From Octopus sinensis (Eukaryota), in assembly GCF_006345805.1 (NCBI RefSeq), contig NC_043018.1, positions 9,300,001-9,364,000 of the forward strand: 64,000 nucleotides of DNA. The letters run 5' to 3'. The first letter of the stretch is position 1; each line of letters starts with the position of its first letter. The translations under genes were made by a program, and so were the position numbers. Shown piece after piece: positions 62,480-64,000 of this stretch. The notes beneath the pieces are model-generated. The model saw only the letters and a list, made by a program, of their open reading frames with translations. It did no database searches and was not told where the DNA came from.

Positions 62480-64000
62480 ACTTATTCCATCGACCTCTTT
62501 TGCCGAACCACTAGGTTACGGAGACATAAACACACCAATACCAGTTGAGATGTGGTGGTGGGGGACAAACACAGACACAAAAGACACACACAAATACATG
62601 ATGGGCTTCTTTCAGTTTCCATCAAATAAGTACCAGTTACGCACAGGGGTCGATGTAATCGACTTAATCTGTTTGTCTGTCCTTGTTTTCCCTCTCTGAG
62701 TTTAGCCCCTTGAGGGCAATAAAGAAATAGGTAATGCTATTGTAAGCAAATAGGGATACAAAAGAGTATTTGAAGCCACCAACAATCTGTAAATATATTG
62801 GATTTAAGTATTATTTCAAAGAGAAAGGTCTGAGGCCTGCTGAGAACACTTTGTGGATCCATTTGTAGGTCAGAGCCCACCTGTTGCCAACACTTGACAT
62901 TGACAAGCAACGTTTTAAGTGGAGTCTAGTACAAAGCCGTAATGGCTATTTCCTCTCACAGTGAATGCGCACACGCACACACACATTCCTTGCCTCTATT
63001 CTGCCAGTTTTTATTGCTAAGTGGAGGCAGTAGGAAATGCTAAGAGAAATCTCAATTCATCACATACTCAAGAAACCATTTCCATCTGCAAAACTAACAG
63101 ATGCACTTTTTTTCTTTTTACTTCTGTTTTTTTTTTTTTTTTTGACAGATCTCAATTCATATTTGTCCCTTCTACACTCTGTCTTCACCTGGGATGAAGC
63201 AGCAGATGTCATCATTGCTAAATGCAGAAAAGCAGGTGTGCTGGTACATTTGTTCAAGCTTTCAAAGAATTGCTTAGTGGCATCTCTTCCAGTGCTTTAC
63301 ATTCTGAGTTCAAATCTTGTTGAGGTTAACTTTGCTTTACATCCTTTTGGAATCAATAAACTTTGTACCGGGCAAGTATTGGTCCCCTCTTCTCAAATCT
63401 GCTGACCTTGTGCCAAAATTTGAAACTGTCTTTACAAGGTGGAGGAGAAGATGATTCAAATCTGGTAATGAATTTGACAAGAAATGTTTTATTTGGGTGT
63501 AAGCAGGCACCACCTATGGCCTTTTATTTTTAAAGGTTATCTGAGGCTAGTTGGAGGAAAGGAGGAAGTTATTCTTAAACTGGAAACCTAACCTGAATAT
63601 GTCCAGTACATCAGGCATCTCCAACTACTCGGTCGCATAGAATGAGTAAATTTATAAATTTTATTTCTGTTTTATCAACTGTTGTAGTCTGCAGGGTGTC
63701 TTTGCATAATATATTTATATTATATATGTAATAATTAAATCATATATTATGCTCTTTATTGAGTTTTATTATGTATGTGATTCCTTGGTCCATGGTACAA
63801 AAAGGTCGGGCACTGCTGTAATGGAGTGAACTCAACTTATGTTACCCAAGGACTGAATGGTGGTCAGTCTAGACCAGTGGGTATCAACATTTTTAATATC
63901 CAGGCTAAATCCAAAACCTGGATTTTTTAAGGGAGCTGCACCCAAAAACAGTAAAATGTATGTCAATTAAAGAAAAATTTATTATATTTCCCATACGGGA

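Overview
AT-rich, repeat-dense eukaryotic genomic DNA. Microsatellite load, tRNA-derived SINEs, RTE tails and TTAGGG-type repeats point to a mollusc, most like an octopod cephalopod (inference; no database search was possible). Two spliced protein-coding genes were reconstructed by hand, arranged head-to-head. (1) On the minus strand, 7 GT-AG coding exons (18465 to 7713) encode an EGF-like domain followed by at least 6 TM helices of THH1/TOM1/TOM3 (GPR137-like) type; the 3' end was not found and probably lies left of the window. (2) On the plus strand, a complete 6-exon OGG1 8-oxoguanine DNA glycosylase (50172-57474). The rest is mobile DNA: about 13 copies of a ~410-bp TIR MITE carrying telomere-like repeats, two Mutator-type MITEs bracketing OGG1 exon 1, a decayed mariner with an internal inverted fragment, Helitrons, RTE/CR1 fragments and several SINE families. 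The most striking unexplained structure is a set of minimal type I hammerhead-ribozyme motifs (five clear, one variant). Four of them sit as two back-to-back, opposite-strand pairs inside palindromes (13805-14000 and 36549-36729), and there are further near-perfect palindromes of probable Penelope-like origin. Most ORF-track entries are microsatellite or SINE artefacts.
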